From: an uncultured Actinomycetota bacterium
GTDB lineage: Bacteria > Actinomycetota > Actinomycetes > JAFAQI01
Length of the DNA stretch: 64,000 bases
Reading direction: 5' to 3'
Assembly (NCBI GenBank): GCA_963789615.1
Contig: CAWBLI010000008.1
Location: forward strand, 832,197-896,196
In this document: piece by piece, positions 18,286 through 26,626 of the stretch
Layout: each line of letters opens with the position of its first letter
Position numbering within the stretch: the stretch's first letter is position 1
Program-made: the position numbers and the translations under genes
The notes under the pieces: generated by a model
Database searches by the model: none
What the model saw: the letters and a program-made list of their open reading frames with translations, nothing else
Told to the model about the DNA's origin: nothing

Positions 18286-19592
18286 TGGCCGCAACGACGA
18301 CGCGGGACTACTACGACATCATCGGGGTGTCGCGAGATGCCGACGCGAAGGACATCCAACGTGCCTATCGCAAGCTCGCGCGGCAGTACCACCCGGACGT
18401 CAACAAGGACCCTGGTGCAGAAGAGAAGTTCAAAGAGATCTCACAGGCCTACGACGTCCTGTCCGACCCGGACACTCGTCGACGGTACGACGCCTTCGGC
18501 CCGGACTTCCAACGCGTGCCGGAAGGAGTCGACCCCGAAACCTGGGCCCGCGCGCAGCACAGCGGCGGCCCGGGACGCGGAAGGACAGCCAGCGGATCTG
18601 CTGGCACGGGGTTCGAAGGCTTCGAGGAGGTGCGCTTCGGGGACTTCGGTGAGGGCATCGACATCGATGACCTGCTCGGTGGCATCTTCGGGGGCGGACG
18701 GCGTGACGGCCCTGGTCGCAGCCGACGTGGCTGGGGGACGGTCCCCGGCGCCGACCAAGCGGCCGACATCGAGATCACCCTCGACGAGGCCTACCACGGC
18801 GGCCACCGATCGCTCACCATCGGCGGTGCCGACGGACCGCGAACACTCGATGTAACGATCCCCGCGGGCGTCATCGACGGCCAGCGAATCCGACTTGCCG
18901 GTCAAGGTGGTCAGGGCACCGGCGGTGGGCCAGCCGGCGACCTGTACCTCGTTGTCCGGCTGCTCCCGAACCCGGACTACCGAGTGGAGGGTCGCGACGT
19001 GTTCGCCGACATCCCGTTGACGGCATGGGAGTCAGCCCTCGGCACGTCGGTGGCGGTGGACACACCCGGCGGCGAAGCAAAGGTGAAGGTGCCCTCTGGC
19101 ACATCTAGCGGCCGCAAGCTGCGGTTGCGTGGCCGCGGCATTCCGAACCCACGCGGGCGCGCGGGCGATTTCTACGCCGTGGCGAAAATCATGGTGCCGA
19201 AGCGCCTGTCCGCTGAAGAGCGCAGGCTGTTCGAGCAACTGGCTAGCACGTCGACCTTCGACCCGAGGCGGCGGCAAATGACCTACTCGCTGACCCGACC
19301 CGGCCGGCTCGACCTGGCGACGCTCTCGGCTGCGACCGGGCTGCATCCCGACCTGCTACGCCGGCTCGTCGACCTCGGACTGTTGGACGGCAGGCCCGGG
19401 TCCAACGACTCACTTTCCTTCGCCGTCGACCAGGTCGCACAGGTGGCCCGGTTGCAACGGCTGCGCGCCGGTTTCGCGCTGAACTACGCCGCCCTCGGCC
19501 TGGTCGTCGACCTGCTCGACCGCATCGCCGTACTCGAAGCAACCACTCCTCACCGTCGAGTTCGCCGCACTGGAGGCGCCTCATGGACATGA
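18285..19592 (+). CDS. cbpA: CbpA-type J-domain co-chaperone (no zinc finger) fused in frame to a CbpM-like MerR-type modulator module
   Basis: The J domain is DYYDIIGVSRDADAKDIQRAYRKLARQYHPD. There are no Cys residues, so it is not a type I DnaJ. The C-terminus ends ...FDPRRRQ as in CbpA. It then continues without a stop into MTYSLTRPGRLDLATLSAATGLHPDLLRRLVDLGLLD... (19278-19592), which resembles E. coli CbpM. Confidence 0.85.
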   Translation: MAATTTRDYYDIIGVSRDADAKDIQRAYRKLARQYHPDVNKDPGAEEKFKEISQAYDVLSDPDTRRRYDAFGPDFQRVPEGVDPETWARAQHSGGPGRGRTASGSAGTGFEGFEEVRFGDFGEGIDIDDLLGGIFGGGRRDGPGRSRRGWGTVPGADQAADIEITLDEAYHGGHRSLTIGGADGPRTLDVTIPAGVIDGQRIRLAGQGGQGTGGGPAGDLYLVVRLLPNPDYRVEGRDVFADIPLTAWESALGTSVAVDTPGGEAKVKVPSGTSSGRKLRLRGRGIPNPRGRAGDFYAVAKIMVPKRLSAEERRLFEQLASTSTFDPRRRQMTYSLTRPGRLDLATLSAATGLHPDLLRRLVDLGLLDGRPGSNDSLSFAVDQVAQVARLQRLRAGFALNYAALGLVVDLLDRIAVLEATTPHRRVRRTGGASWT

Positions 19593-22223
19593 ACCGGTTG
19601 ACGCAGAAGTCGCAGGAAGCTGTACACGACGCGCAGACCATCGCGCTGCGCTACGGCCACACTGAAGTTGATGGCGAGCATCTGCTGCTCGCATTGCTCG
19701 ACCAGCCCGACGGTCTGGCGTCGCGGCTCCTGGAGCAGACGGGAGCGGACGTCGGTCGCATCCGGTCGGCGATCGAGGCCGAGGTCGCGACGCCGGCCGC
19801 GGGTGAGCGGCCCGGGCGCCTCCCCGGGCCAGGTGTACGTCACACAGCGACTGTCCCGTTTGCTGGATGCCGCGGAGCGAGAGGCCAAGCGGCTCAAGGA
19901 CGAGTACGTGTCCGTGGAGCACCTGCTTGTCGCGCTGCTCGACGAAGGCGCCGAGACCGGTGCCGGCCGGGTGTTGCGGGATAACGCCGTCAGCCGCGAC
20001 AAGTTCTTGCAGGCGCTGACCACGATCCGGGGCAACCAGCGGGTTACGTCGGCGATGCCGGAGGTGGCCTACGAGGCGCTCGAGAAGTACGGTCGCGACC
20101 TCGTCGTCGACGCTCGTAACGGCAAACTGGATCCAGTGATCGGCCGTGACGCCGAGATCCGCCGTGTCATTCAGATCCTTTCACGCAAGACCAAGAACAA
20201 CCCAGTCCTGATTGGTGATCCGGGCGTCGGCAAGACCGCGATCGTCGAGGGTCTCGCCCAACGGATCACCAACGGTGACGTACCGGAGGGGCTTCGCGAC
20301 AGAACGGTCTTCGCACTGGACATGGGTTCGCTGGTGGCGGGCGCGAAATACCGCGGTGAGTTCGAGGAACGGCTCAAGGCCGTACTCAATGAGGTGAAGG
20401 CCGCTGAGGGACGCATCCTGCTCTTCGTCGACGAGCTGCACACAGTGGTCGGTGCTGGCGGCGGAGCCGAAGGGGCCATGGACGCCGGCAACATGTTGAA
20501 GCCGATGCTGGCACGCGGCGAGCTTCACATGGTCGGTGCCACCACCGTTGACGAGTACCGAAAGAACGTCGAGAAGGACGCAGCGCTCGAGCGTCGGTTC
20601 CAGCCGGTCATGGTGGACGAGCCGTCCACCGAGGACGCGATCTCCATCTTGCGTGGGTTACGCGAGCGGCTTGAGGTATTCCACGGCGTCAAGATCCAGG
20701 ACAGCGCGCTCGTCGCAGCGGTGGTGCTGAGCCAGCGGTACATCTCGGACCGGTTCCTTCCGGACAAAGCAATCGACCTCGTCGACGAGGCATGCGCGAT
20801 GCTGCGCACCGAGATTGACTCCATGCCGGCCGAGCTCGACGAGCTGACCCGTCGCGTGATGCGACTGGAGATCGAGGAGACGGCGCTCGCCAAGGAGACC
20901 GACCCAGCTAGCAGGTCCCGCCTCGAGGAGCTACGTAAGGAACTCGCCGATCTGCACGCCGAGGCCGATGCGATGCGCGCACAGTGGGACGCCGAGCGGC
21001 AGGCGCTTCGCCGGGTGCAGGAGCTTCGCCAGGAGATCGAAAGAGTCCGGCAGGAGGCCGAGCAGGCAGAGCGCAGGTACGACCTCAACCGCGCGGCCGA
21101 ACTGATGCACGGCCGGCTGCCTGATCTGGAGCGGCAGTTGCACGCTGAGGAGGAGCGACTCGCCTCACGGCAAGGCGGCCGGCGGCTGCTGCGCGAGGTC
21201 GTGAGCGACGATGAGATCGCCGCCATCGTGTCGCGCTGGACCGGTATCCCCGTCAGCCGACTGCATGAAGGTGAGCGCGAGAAGCTTCTGCGCCTGGAAG
21301 AAATCCTCCATGCGCATGTGGTGGGCCAGGATGAGGCCGTTCAGCTGGTCTCCGACGCGATCATTCGGGCTCGTTCCGGCATCAAGGACCCGCGCCGACC
21401 CGTCGGGTCGTTCATTTTCCTGGGCCCCACGGGTGTCGGGAAGACCGAGCTGGCCAAGCGGCTTGCGGGAACGTTGTTCGACACCGAGGACAACATGGTT
21501 CGCATCGACATGAGCGAGTACCAGGAACGGCACACCGTCAGCCGGCTGGTCGGAGCGCCGCCAGGCTATGTCGGGTACGACGAAGGCGGTCAGCTCACCG
21601 AGGCCGTGCGCCGCAAGCCCTACTCGGTGGTGCTGTTCGACGAGATCGAGAAGGCTCACACCGACGTCTTCAACATCCTGCTGCAGGTGCTCGACGACGG
21701 CCGGTTGACGGACGGGCAAGGTCGTACGGTCGACTTTCGGAACGCCATCGTGATCATGACATCCAACGTCGGCTCCACGTATCTCATCGAGGGCGTCTCA
21801 GCCGCTGGCGAACTGAAGCCCGAGGTTCGCGACCTCGTGATGACGGAGCTGCAACAGCAGTTCCGGCCCGAGTTCCTGAACCGCGTTGACGAGATCGTGC
21901 TCTTCAAGCCGCTCACCCAAGGCGAGATCGAGCGCATCGTCGACCTGATGCTCAACGATCTGCGCGAACGGCTCGGCGACCGCCGCATATCCCTTGAGAT
22001 CACGGCGGAGGCACGCCAGTTCGTCGCTGCTCAGGGATATGACCCCGTGTACGGCGCCCGACCGTTACGCCGATTCATCGCACGAGAGGTCGAGACCCGG
22101 ATCGGCCGAGCCCTGCTGCAAGGGAACGTTCCGGACGGCTCCACCATCCGGATTGCCGTCTCCGAAGGGGAGCTGGCCGTCACGTTCAACCCACCGTCAC
22201 CCGCAGCCCAAACTGCGGCCTGA
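19583..22223 (+). pseudogene. clpB: ClpB disaggregase, reading frame broken by a 1-nt insertion near 19790 (or sequencing error)
   Basis: The N-terminus [45 protein letters not shown]...IEAEVA is in frame 19583. The rest, [46 protein letters not shown]... through both AAA+ modules to 22223, is in frame 19668. GGAGG lies 6 nt before ATG 19583. Confidence 0.9.
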
Positions 22224-22251
22224 TCCAGCGCGTACGGATCGCGGACGAGCC

Positions 22252-23265
22252 TCACGACACTTGATCGTCGTGGTGCTCGTCGTTCTTGCCCCGGCGTCGC
22301 TGACGTTCGCCGTACGCCGCTTGCCGTACCACGTCGTCGTGTTCCAGTCCCGAACCAAGCGCGCCTCCGATCATGGCTGCTGACGTGGCAAACCAGACGA
22401 TGCCGAGGCGGCCGGCCCAGGTCGGCGCGTGCCCCAACGTCGTCTGTAGTACCTGAGGAGGCAAAACGATCACGCTGATGATGGTGAGGACGATGAACAA
22501 GCCCAGGTAGAGGCAGACGATCCCCAGCATCAACGTGACGGAGGTCGTTATGTTGTACAGCCGAGCCAGCTGCTTCGCCCGCACATCGCTCGGACGCTCC
22601 CACAGCTCGTGGTCAACGATCAACCACGTCGTTAACGCCAAGCTCGACAGAACCGCAATGCCGCCGAGTCGACCAGGACCGAGCGAGACGCCAAGTTGCC
22701 AGCCAACGTTGTCGAGCAATACGAGCGCTGCCGTGCCGAACACACCGGCAAGCGACCGCGACAGCCCGGAAAAGAGGAGCCAGGGACGGTTGGCACGCAC
22801 CATGCCCAGGAGGAGACGAAGACGAGGGCGCAGGCGTGAACTGACCGGATGTGGATGCCCCGAAGAGCCTGGCTCAAGAAGCTCAGCCACTGAGGACGCG
22901 ATGACCCGCTCTGCCCGGCGATTCAGTCGCAGAGCACCTAACGCTGGCAAGGACACCACCATGACGCGGCGATCAGCGCTCGTCTCAATCTCGACGGGGT
23001 CGGTGCCATCCCGGCGTGGCAGATCGGTCAGCAGCACCGTGATGTCCCACGTCGGCTCGATTGGGACCTCCGCAGCAGCTATGTCCGCTAGCTGCGTTTG
23101 GACCCCGGTAGCGAGCGGATGACTCCGATGGTGCACGCGCCAGTCGACTTCGCCCTGGACGAGCTGCTTCATCGCCTCGGCGAGTCGGCCGGCCACGGCA
23201 GCACCGACATCCTCCGCCAGTCCCGGGTCGCTGACGATACCGATGTCGACCGAGCGTGGGTCCAT
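22252..23265 (-). CDS. hypothetical membrane protein (soluble N-terminal domain plus 4-5 TM helices)
   Basis: 337 aa with good G/C third-position bias. TM helices include WLLFSGLSRSLAGVFGTAALVLL and VTLMLGIVCLYLGLFIVLTIISVIVL. I cannot assign a family. Confidence 0.6.
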   Translation of the reverse strand: MDPRSVDIGIVSDPGLAEDVGAAVAGRLAEAMKQLVQGEVDWRVHHRSHPLATGVQTQLADIAAAEVPIEPTWDITVLLTDLPRRDGTDPVEIETSADRRVMVVSLPALGALRLNRRAERVIASSVAELLEPGSSGHPHPVSSRLRPRLRLLLGMVRANRPWLLFSGLSRSLAGVFGTAALVLLDNVGWQLGVSLGPGRLGGIAVLSSLALTTWLIVDHELWERPSDVRAKQLARLYNITTSVTLMLGIVCLYLGLFIVLTIISVIVLPPQVLQTTLGHAPTWAGRLGIVWFATSAAMIGGALGSGLEHDDVVRQAAYGERQRRRGKNDEHHDDQVS

Positions 23266-23322
23266 TCCGCAGTTGTACCCGTGTTACTGCCGGTGCCGCA
23301 CGGGAAGCCCCAGGGAAGCGCG

Positions 23323-23685
23323 TTAGTCTTCCCGGCCGGTTCCAGGCCACTCGTGGGGGATATGCCGGGCCGCCTGCGGGAATCGTCGAGAGTGTTGCTC
23401 CGGGTCCAGCCTGGCGACATCAGCGATTCGTCCGCTCCTGAGCGCGAGTCGGTGCCGCGCGATGAGTTCGGCGATCAATAGCGCATCGTCGGCCATGGAC
23501 AGATCGACTCGTTCGGCGGCTTCCTTCGCCATCCAGACCTCCTGAAGCACCTCCTGAGTAGTCAGCTCGGAGAAGTCGACGACGAGATGAGCGGCGAGAG
23601 TCACCCAGTCAATGTGCCGAGGGCAACAACGCGGCTTGCGGCAGGTCCATGGGACAAGGCTCGTCGGAAACGCCTTGTCGCGCAT
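23323..23685 (-). CDS. uncharacterised small protein P2 (paralog of 14081-14395)
   Basis: Start placed at ATG 23685 (MRDKAFPTSLVPWTCRKPRCCPRHIDW...). It aligns with P1 along its length. The longer ORF to 23922 has an implausible Arg/Ser-rich N-terminus. Confidence 0.5.
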   Translation of the reverse strand: MRDKAFPTSLVPWTCRKPRCCPRHIDWVTLAAHLVVDFSELTTQEVLQEVWMAKEAAERVDLSMADDALLIAELIARHRLALRSGRIADVARLDPEQHSRRFPQAARHIPHEWPGTGRED

Positions 23686-23812
23686 CCCTTCAACTGCTAG
23701 CCCTTCTTGCTCACCACTCGGCAGCCAGGACAGTGATCTTCTGGGAGAGAAGGCGCACACACCATAGTCGGCGGTGCCGGAGCGTTCTCCTGGTCGGTAC
23801 CCAGCGGGTGCT

Positions 23813-24385
23813 TCACCGCCGGGCACCGACCTTCGCGGCGGCTTGAACTGCTGCCAATAGCCTCGGCAGCTCATACGAGCCGTCGTAACGGACGTCGTTG
23901 ATGAAGAACGTTGGGGTGCCATTCACCCCGCTGCGCGCTCCGCTGAGAAAGTCGGCTCGCACGCGCGGTGCATGTTCACGGTCCACGAGTTCTTGCGCGA
24001 ACCGCTGCTCGTCGAGTTCTAGGTATCGCGCATAGGCAAGGAGGTCCTCGTCATCGAGCGCATCTTGGTGGGTGTAGAGCAGGTCGTGCATCGGCCAGAA
24101 CGCGCCCTGAGCACTGGCGCACTCTGCCGCCTCCGCCGCCGGTTCCGCGCGGGGGTGGACCGTGGTTAAGGGAAAGTGCCGGAAGACGTAACGTACGTCA
24201 GGCTCGGCGCGGAGCAAGTGAGCCACGATGAGATGGGCCTGACCGCAATATGGACATTGGTAGTCGCCGTACTCCACGAGCGTCACGGGCGCATCATTGG
24301 GCCCGCGGATGTGGTCGCGGTTGGGCGAAACGGGCTCACGGAGACTGGCCGGCGCTTCTGCGTATCCATCCCAAGCCGTGCTCAT
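23813..24385 (-). CDS. DsbA-family thioredoxin-fold oxidoreductase
   Basis: MSTAWDG...LVEYGDYQCPYCGQAH contains the CPYC active site. ATG 24385 overlaps the upstream stop (ATGA), which implies translational coupling. Confidence 0.85.
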   Translation of the reverse strand: MSTAWDGYAEAPASLREPVSPNRDHIRGPNDAPVTLVEYGDYQCPYCGQAHLIVAHLLRAEPDVRYVFRHFPLTTVHPRAEPAAEAAECASAQGAFWPMHDLLYTHQDALDDEDLLAYARYLELDEQRFAQELVDREHAPRVRADFLSGARSGVNGTPTFFINDVRYDGSYELPRLLAAVQAAAKVGARR

Positions 24386-24870
24386 GCGCTCACCTTGTCT
24401 CGTTGCGACAATGACTCGAGAGCAGCCAGGACACCGTCCGCGCCGGGGTTCACTCCGACCGGTGAGAGGTAGCTCCAGTCGATGACCCCGTTGCGATCGA
24501 TAACGAAAAGCGCGCGCTGGCTGAAGCCGTCCTGGGTGCGGTAGGCGCCGTACGACTGGGCAACCTGACCCTTGGGCTCGAAATCGGACAGCAAGGGGTA
24601 TGTGATCTTGCGGTCGTGGGCGAACGCGAGATGACACCACACGCCATCGACGGAGATGCCCAGCAGCTCGGCGTGGTAGTTCCGGAACTCCGGTATGAGC
24701 TCTTGAAAAAGCACCATCTGGTCGCTACAGACGGGACTCCAGTCCGCGGGGTAGAAGGCCAGGATGACGGGATGACCGCGGAAGTCCGTCAAGGACACCC
24801 TCTGGTCCGGTGTGCTCGCTAGCGAGAACTCGGGAGCTTGGACACCTCTTTGAAGCGTTCGTCCGTCCAT
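24382..24870 (-). CDS. peroxiredoxin (AhpC/TSA family, AhpE-like)
   Basis: VILAFYPADWSPVCSDQ carries the peroxidatic Cys context. ISVDG, YPLLSDF and ALFVIDRNGVI are also present. Confidence 0.9.
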   Translation of the reverse strand: MDGRTLQRGVQAPEFSLASTPDQRVSLTDFRGHPVILAFYPADWSPVCSDQMVLFQELIPEFRNYHAELLGISVDGVWCHLAFAHDRKITYPLLSDFEPKGQVAQSYGAYRTQDGFSQRALFVIDRNGVIDWSYLSPVGVNPGADGVLAALESLSQRDKVSA

Positions 24871-24921
24871 GAGATCACTACACCAAGGTCGTCGCCGGCC
24901 GACATCGTCAATCCTGACGGG

Positions 24922-25194
24922 TCATTTCACCTCGTCACGGATGCCTGGACCACCGTCGACGTCGCCCGGTCGGCTCCACCCGCGCTTGTACCGGGCGTTG
25001 TCAGGCACCTCGCCGCTCAGCCGCATCATCTGGTATTGGGTCATCGTCTCGACGGTCGGCAGATGCTCGGCCTCGTCGAGGCCGAACGCGTCGGCTGCCT
25101 GTCGGTTCCGGGTGATGTTGTCGATGACCTCACCCGCCGCGACCTGCGGGAACTGGCTCGACCAGACGGTGAGCCAGATCGACCCAGCCGTCAT
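24922..25194 (-). CDS. hypothetical protein
   Basis: Counted from ATG 25194, third-position G/C bias is very strong. Product: MTAGSIWLTVWSSQFPQVAAGEVIDNITRNRQ... No family recognised and the start is uncertain. Confidence 0.45.
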   Translation of the reverse strand: MTAGSIWLTVWSSQFPQVAAGEVIDNITRNRQAADAFGLDEAEHLPTVETMTQYQMMRLSGEVPDNARYKRGWSRPGDVDGGPGIRDEVK

Positions 25195-25616
25195 CTTGGC
25201 GCTCTTGGCGTCGCCCGTCGGCTCACCTCGGGCAATGACGTCACCCCTCACAGCTGCCGTGCACGGTCGGGCCCCGACCATGCGCTCGCCTGCCACTGAC
25301 GACCGTTATCGGGCCGCCGGCCCGCGGGGGCGAACGCTGGCTGGACCGCGCCCGACGTCGAGAGCGTCTGGTCTCTACGCGACTGAGCGGCTGGTCGGAC
25401 GCCGTCCCCTCCCCGGTTGCCGGCGGGAGGACGGTCCCGCCGGCAGCCGGTTCCGCGGGCGGTGGGTGGCACGGTTGGCCAGCCCGCCGCGATGATGGCG
25501 TCGAACTCCGCGCGCAGCAGCTCCTCATCGGCGCAGATCAGGTCAGCGAACTCCGTCGTCCCAGGCCCGTGCGGAGGAGCGCTCTGCCAGGTATGCGGTC
25601 ATCGGCGCCACCGCGC

Positions 25617-26054
25617 TCAGACGTTGATGGCCTGACGGTCGTGGCCGTTGCTGTTGCTGCTGATCGTGATCTTGCGGGGCTTCGCCTGCTCGGCGACTGG
25701 GATCCGCAGCGTCAGGACACCGGCGTCGTAGCTCGCGGCGACGCGTTCGGTGTCGAGGGTGTCGCCGAGGATGAGCTGCCGGCTGAACACGCCGCGGGGC
25801 CGCTCGGCGGCGATGAGCTCGGTGTCGTCATCGCGGCCGGCGCGCTCTGCCTTGACGGTCAGGACGTTGCGTTCCACGTCGAGGTCGATCGAGTCCGGTG
25901 CGACGCCCGGCAGGTCGAGCTCGACGACGAACGTGTCGCCGTCGCGCCACGCGTCCATCGGCATCACGGCCGGGCGAGCGAGCGTTCCCTGGGTTCCGAA
26001 GACCTGCTGAGACAGTCGGTCCAGCTCGCGGAACGGGTCAGTGCGCATCAGCAT
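25617..26054 (-). CDS. Hsp20/alpha-crystallin small heat-shock protein
   Basis: [14 protein letters not shown]...[18 protein letters not shown]...[13 protein letters not shown]...[17 protein letters not shown] 26054 has GGAGGTGGAGCA upstream. Confidence 0.92.
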   Translation of the reverse strand: MLMRTDPFRELDRLSQQVFGTQGTLARPAVMPMDAWRDGDTFVVELDLPGVAPDSIDLDVERNVLTVKAERAGRDDDTELIAAERPRGVFSRQLILGDTLDTERVAASYDAGVLTLRIPVAEQAKPRKITISSNSNGHDRQAINV

Positions 26055-26094
26055 TGCTCCACCTCCGTCGTAGTGACTGATGCTCCCTACGAGG

Positions 26095-26120
26095 CACACC
26101 ATCCCCTTCTAGGATGTGTG
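26095..26120. promoter_or_regulatory. imperfect palindrome in the hsp20 / hspR-like divergent region, shared with 15277-15306
   Basis: cacaccatcc-ccttcta-ggatgtgtg forms 10-11 bp arms with one bulge. It lies 41-66 nt upstream of the hsp20 ATG. Confidence 0.35.
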
Positions 26121-26210
26121 CCAAACACTATAGATTTGATCTATCACAGGTAGCATACTGAGGCAAGAGCCCGGGAAGGTTCCGGACGAGAACGAGGAGA
26201 GGTGTAGGAC

Positions 26211-26585
26211 GTGGCAGGTGTGCCGGCACCGGACGCCGACCGTGGCGTGTACGGCATCACGACCGCCGCTGAGCTCGTCGGCATGGGCGTGCAGAACCTA
26301 CGTCTGTACGAGGCGCGGGGTCTGCTCGAACCGGACCGGACCGACGGCGGCACCCGCCGTTACAGCGCCCACGACCTCGACCGGTTGCGTCGCATCGGTG
26401 ACCTGCTCGACGCCGGGCTGAACCTCGCCGGCATCGGCATGGTCCTCGGCCTCGAGACCGAGAACGCGCAGCTGCGAGCTGAACGGGACGACCAAGTAGG
26501 CCTACCCACCGCCAGACTGCACCCCACCCGCAAGGCTGCATCGGATTCCGCGACCGAGGCTGCTACCCCCGGGCATCGCGGTTGA
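26211..26585 (+). CDS. MerR-family, HspR-like heat-shock regulator
   Basis: YGITTAAELVGMGVQNLRLYEARGLLEPDRTDGGTRRYSAHDLDRLRRIGDLLDAGLNLAGI parallels the HspR N-terminal HTH region. The gene is divergent from hsp20. Confidence 0.8.
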   Translation: MAGVPAPDADRGVYGITTAAELVGMGVQNLRLYEARGLLEPDRTDGGTRRYSAHDLDRLRRIGDLLDAGLNLAGIGMVLGLETENAQLRAERDDQVGLPTARLHPTRKAASDSATEAATPGHRG

Positions 26586-26626
26586 GGGGTGGGCAGTTGT
26601 GATGCCTCACAGACTGGACCGATAGA

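Noticed and set aside
19781-19805. Programmed ribosomal frameshifting as the explanation for the clpB frame break.
   Set aside because: There is no slippery X-XXY-YYZ heptamer and no obvious downstream structure at GAG GTC GCG A CGC CGG. A simple 1-nt insertion or sequencing error is more parsimonious.
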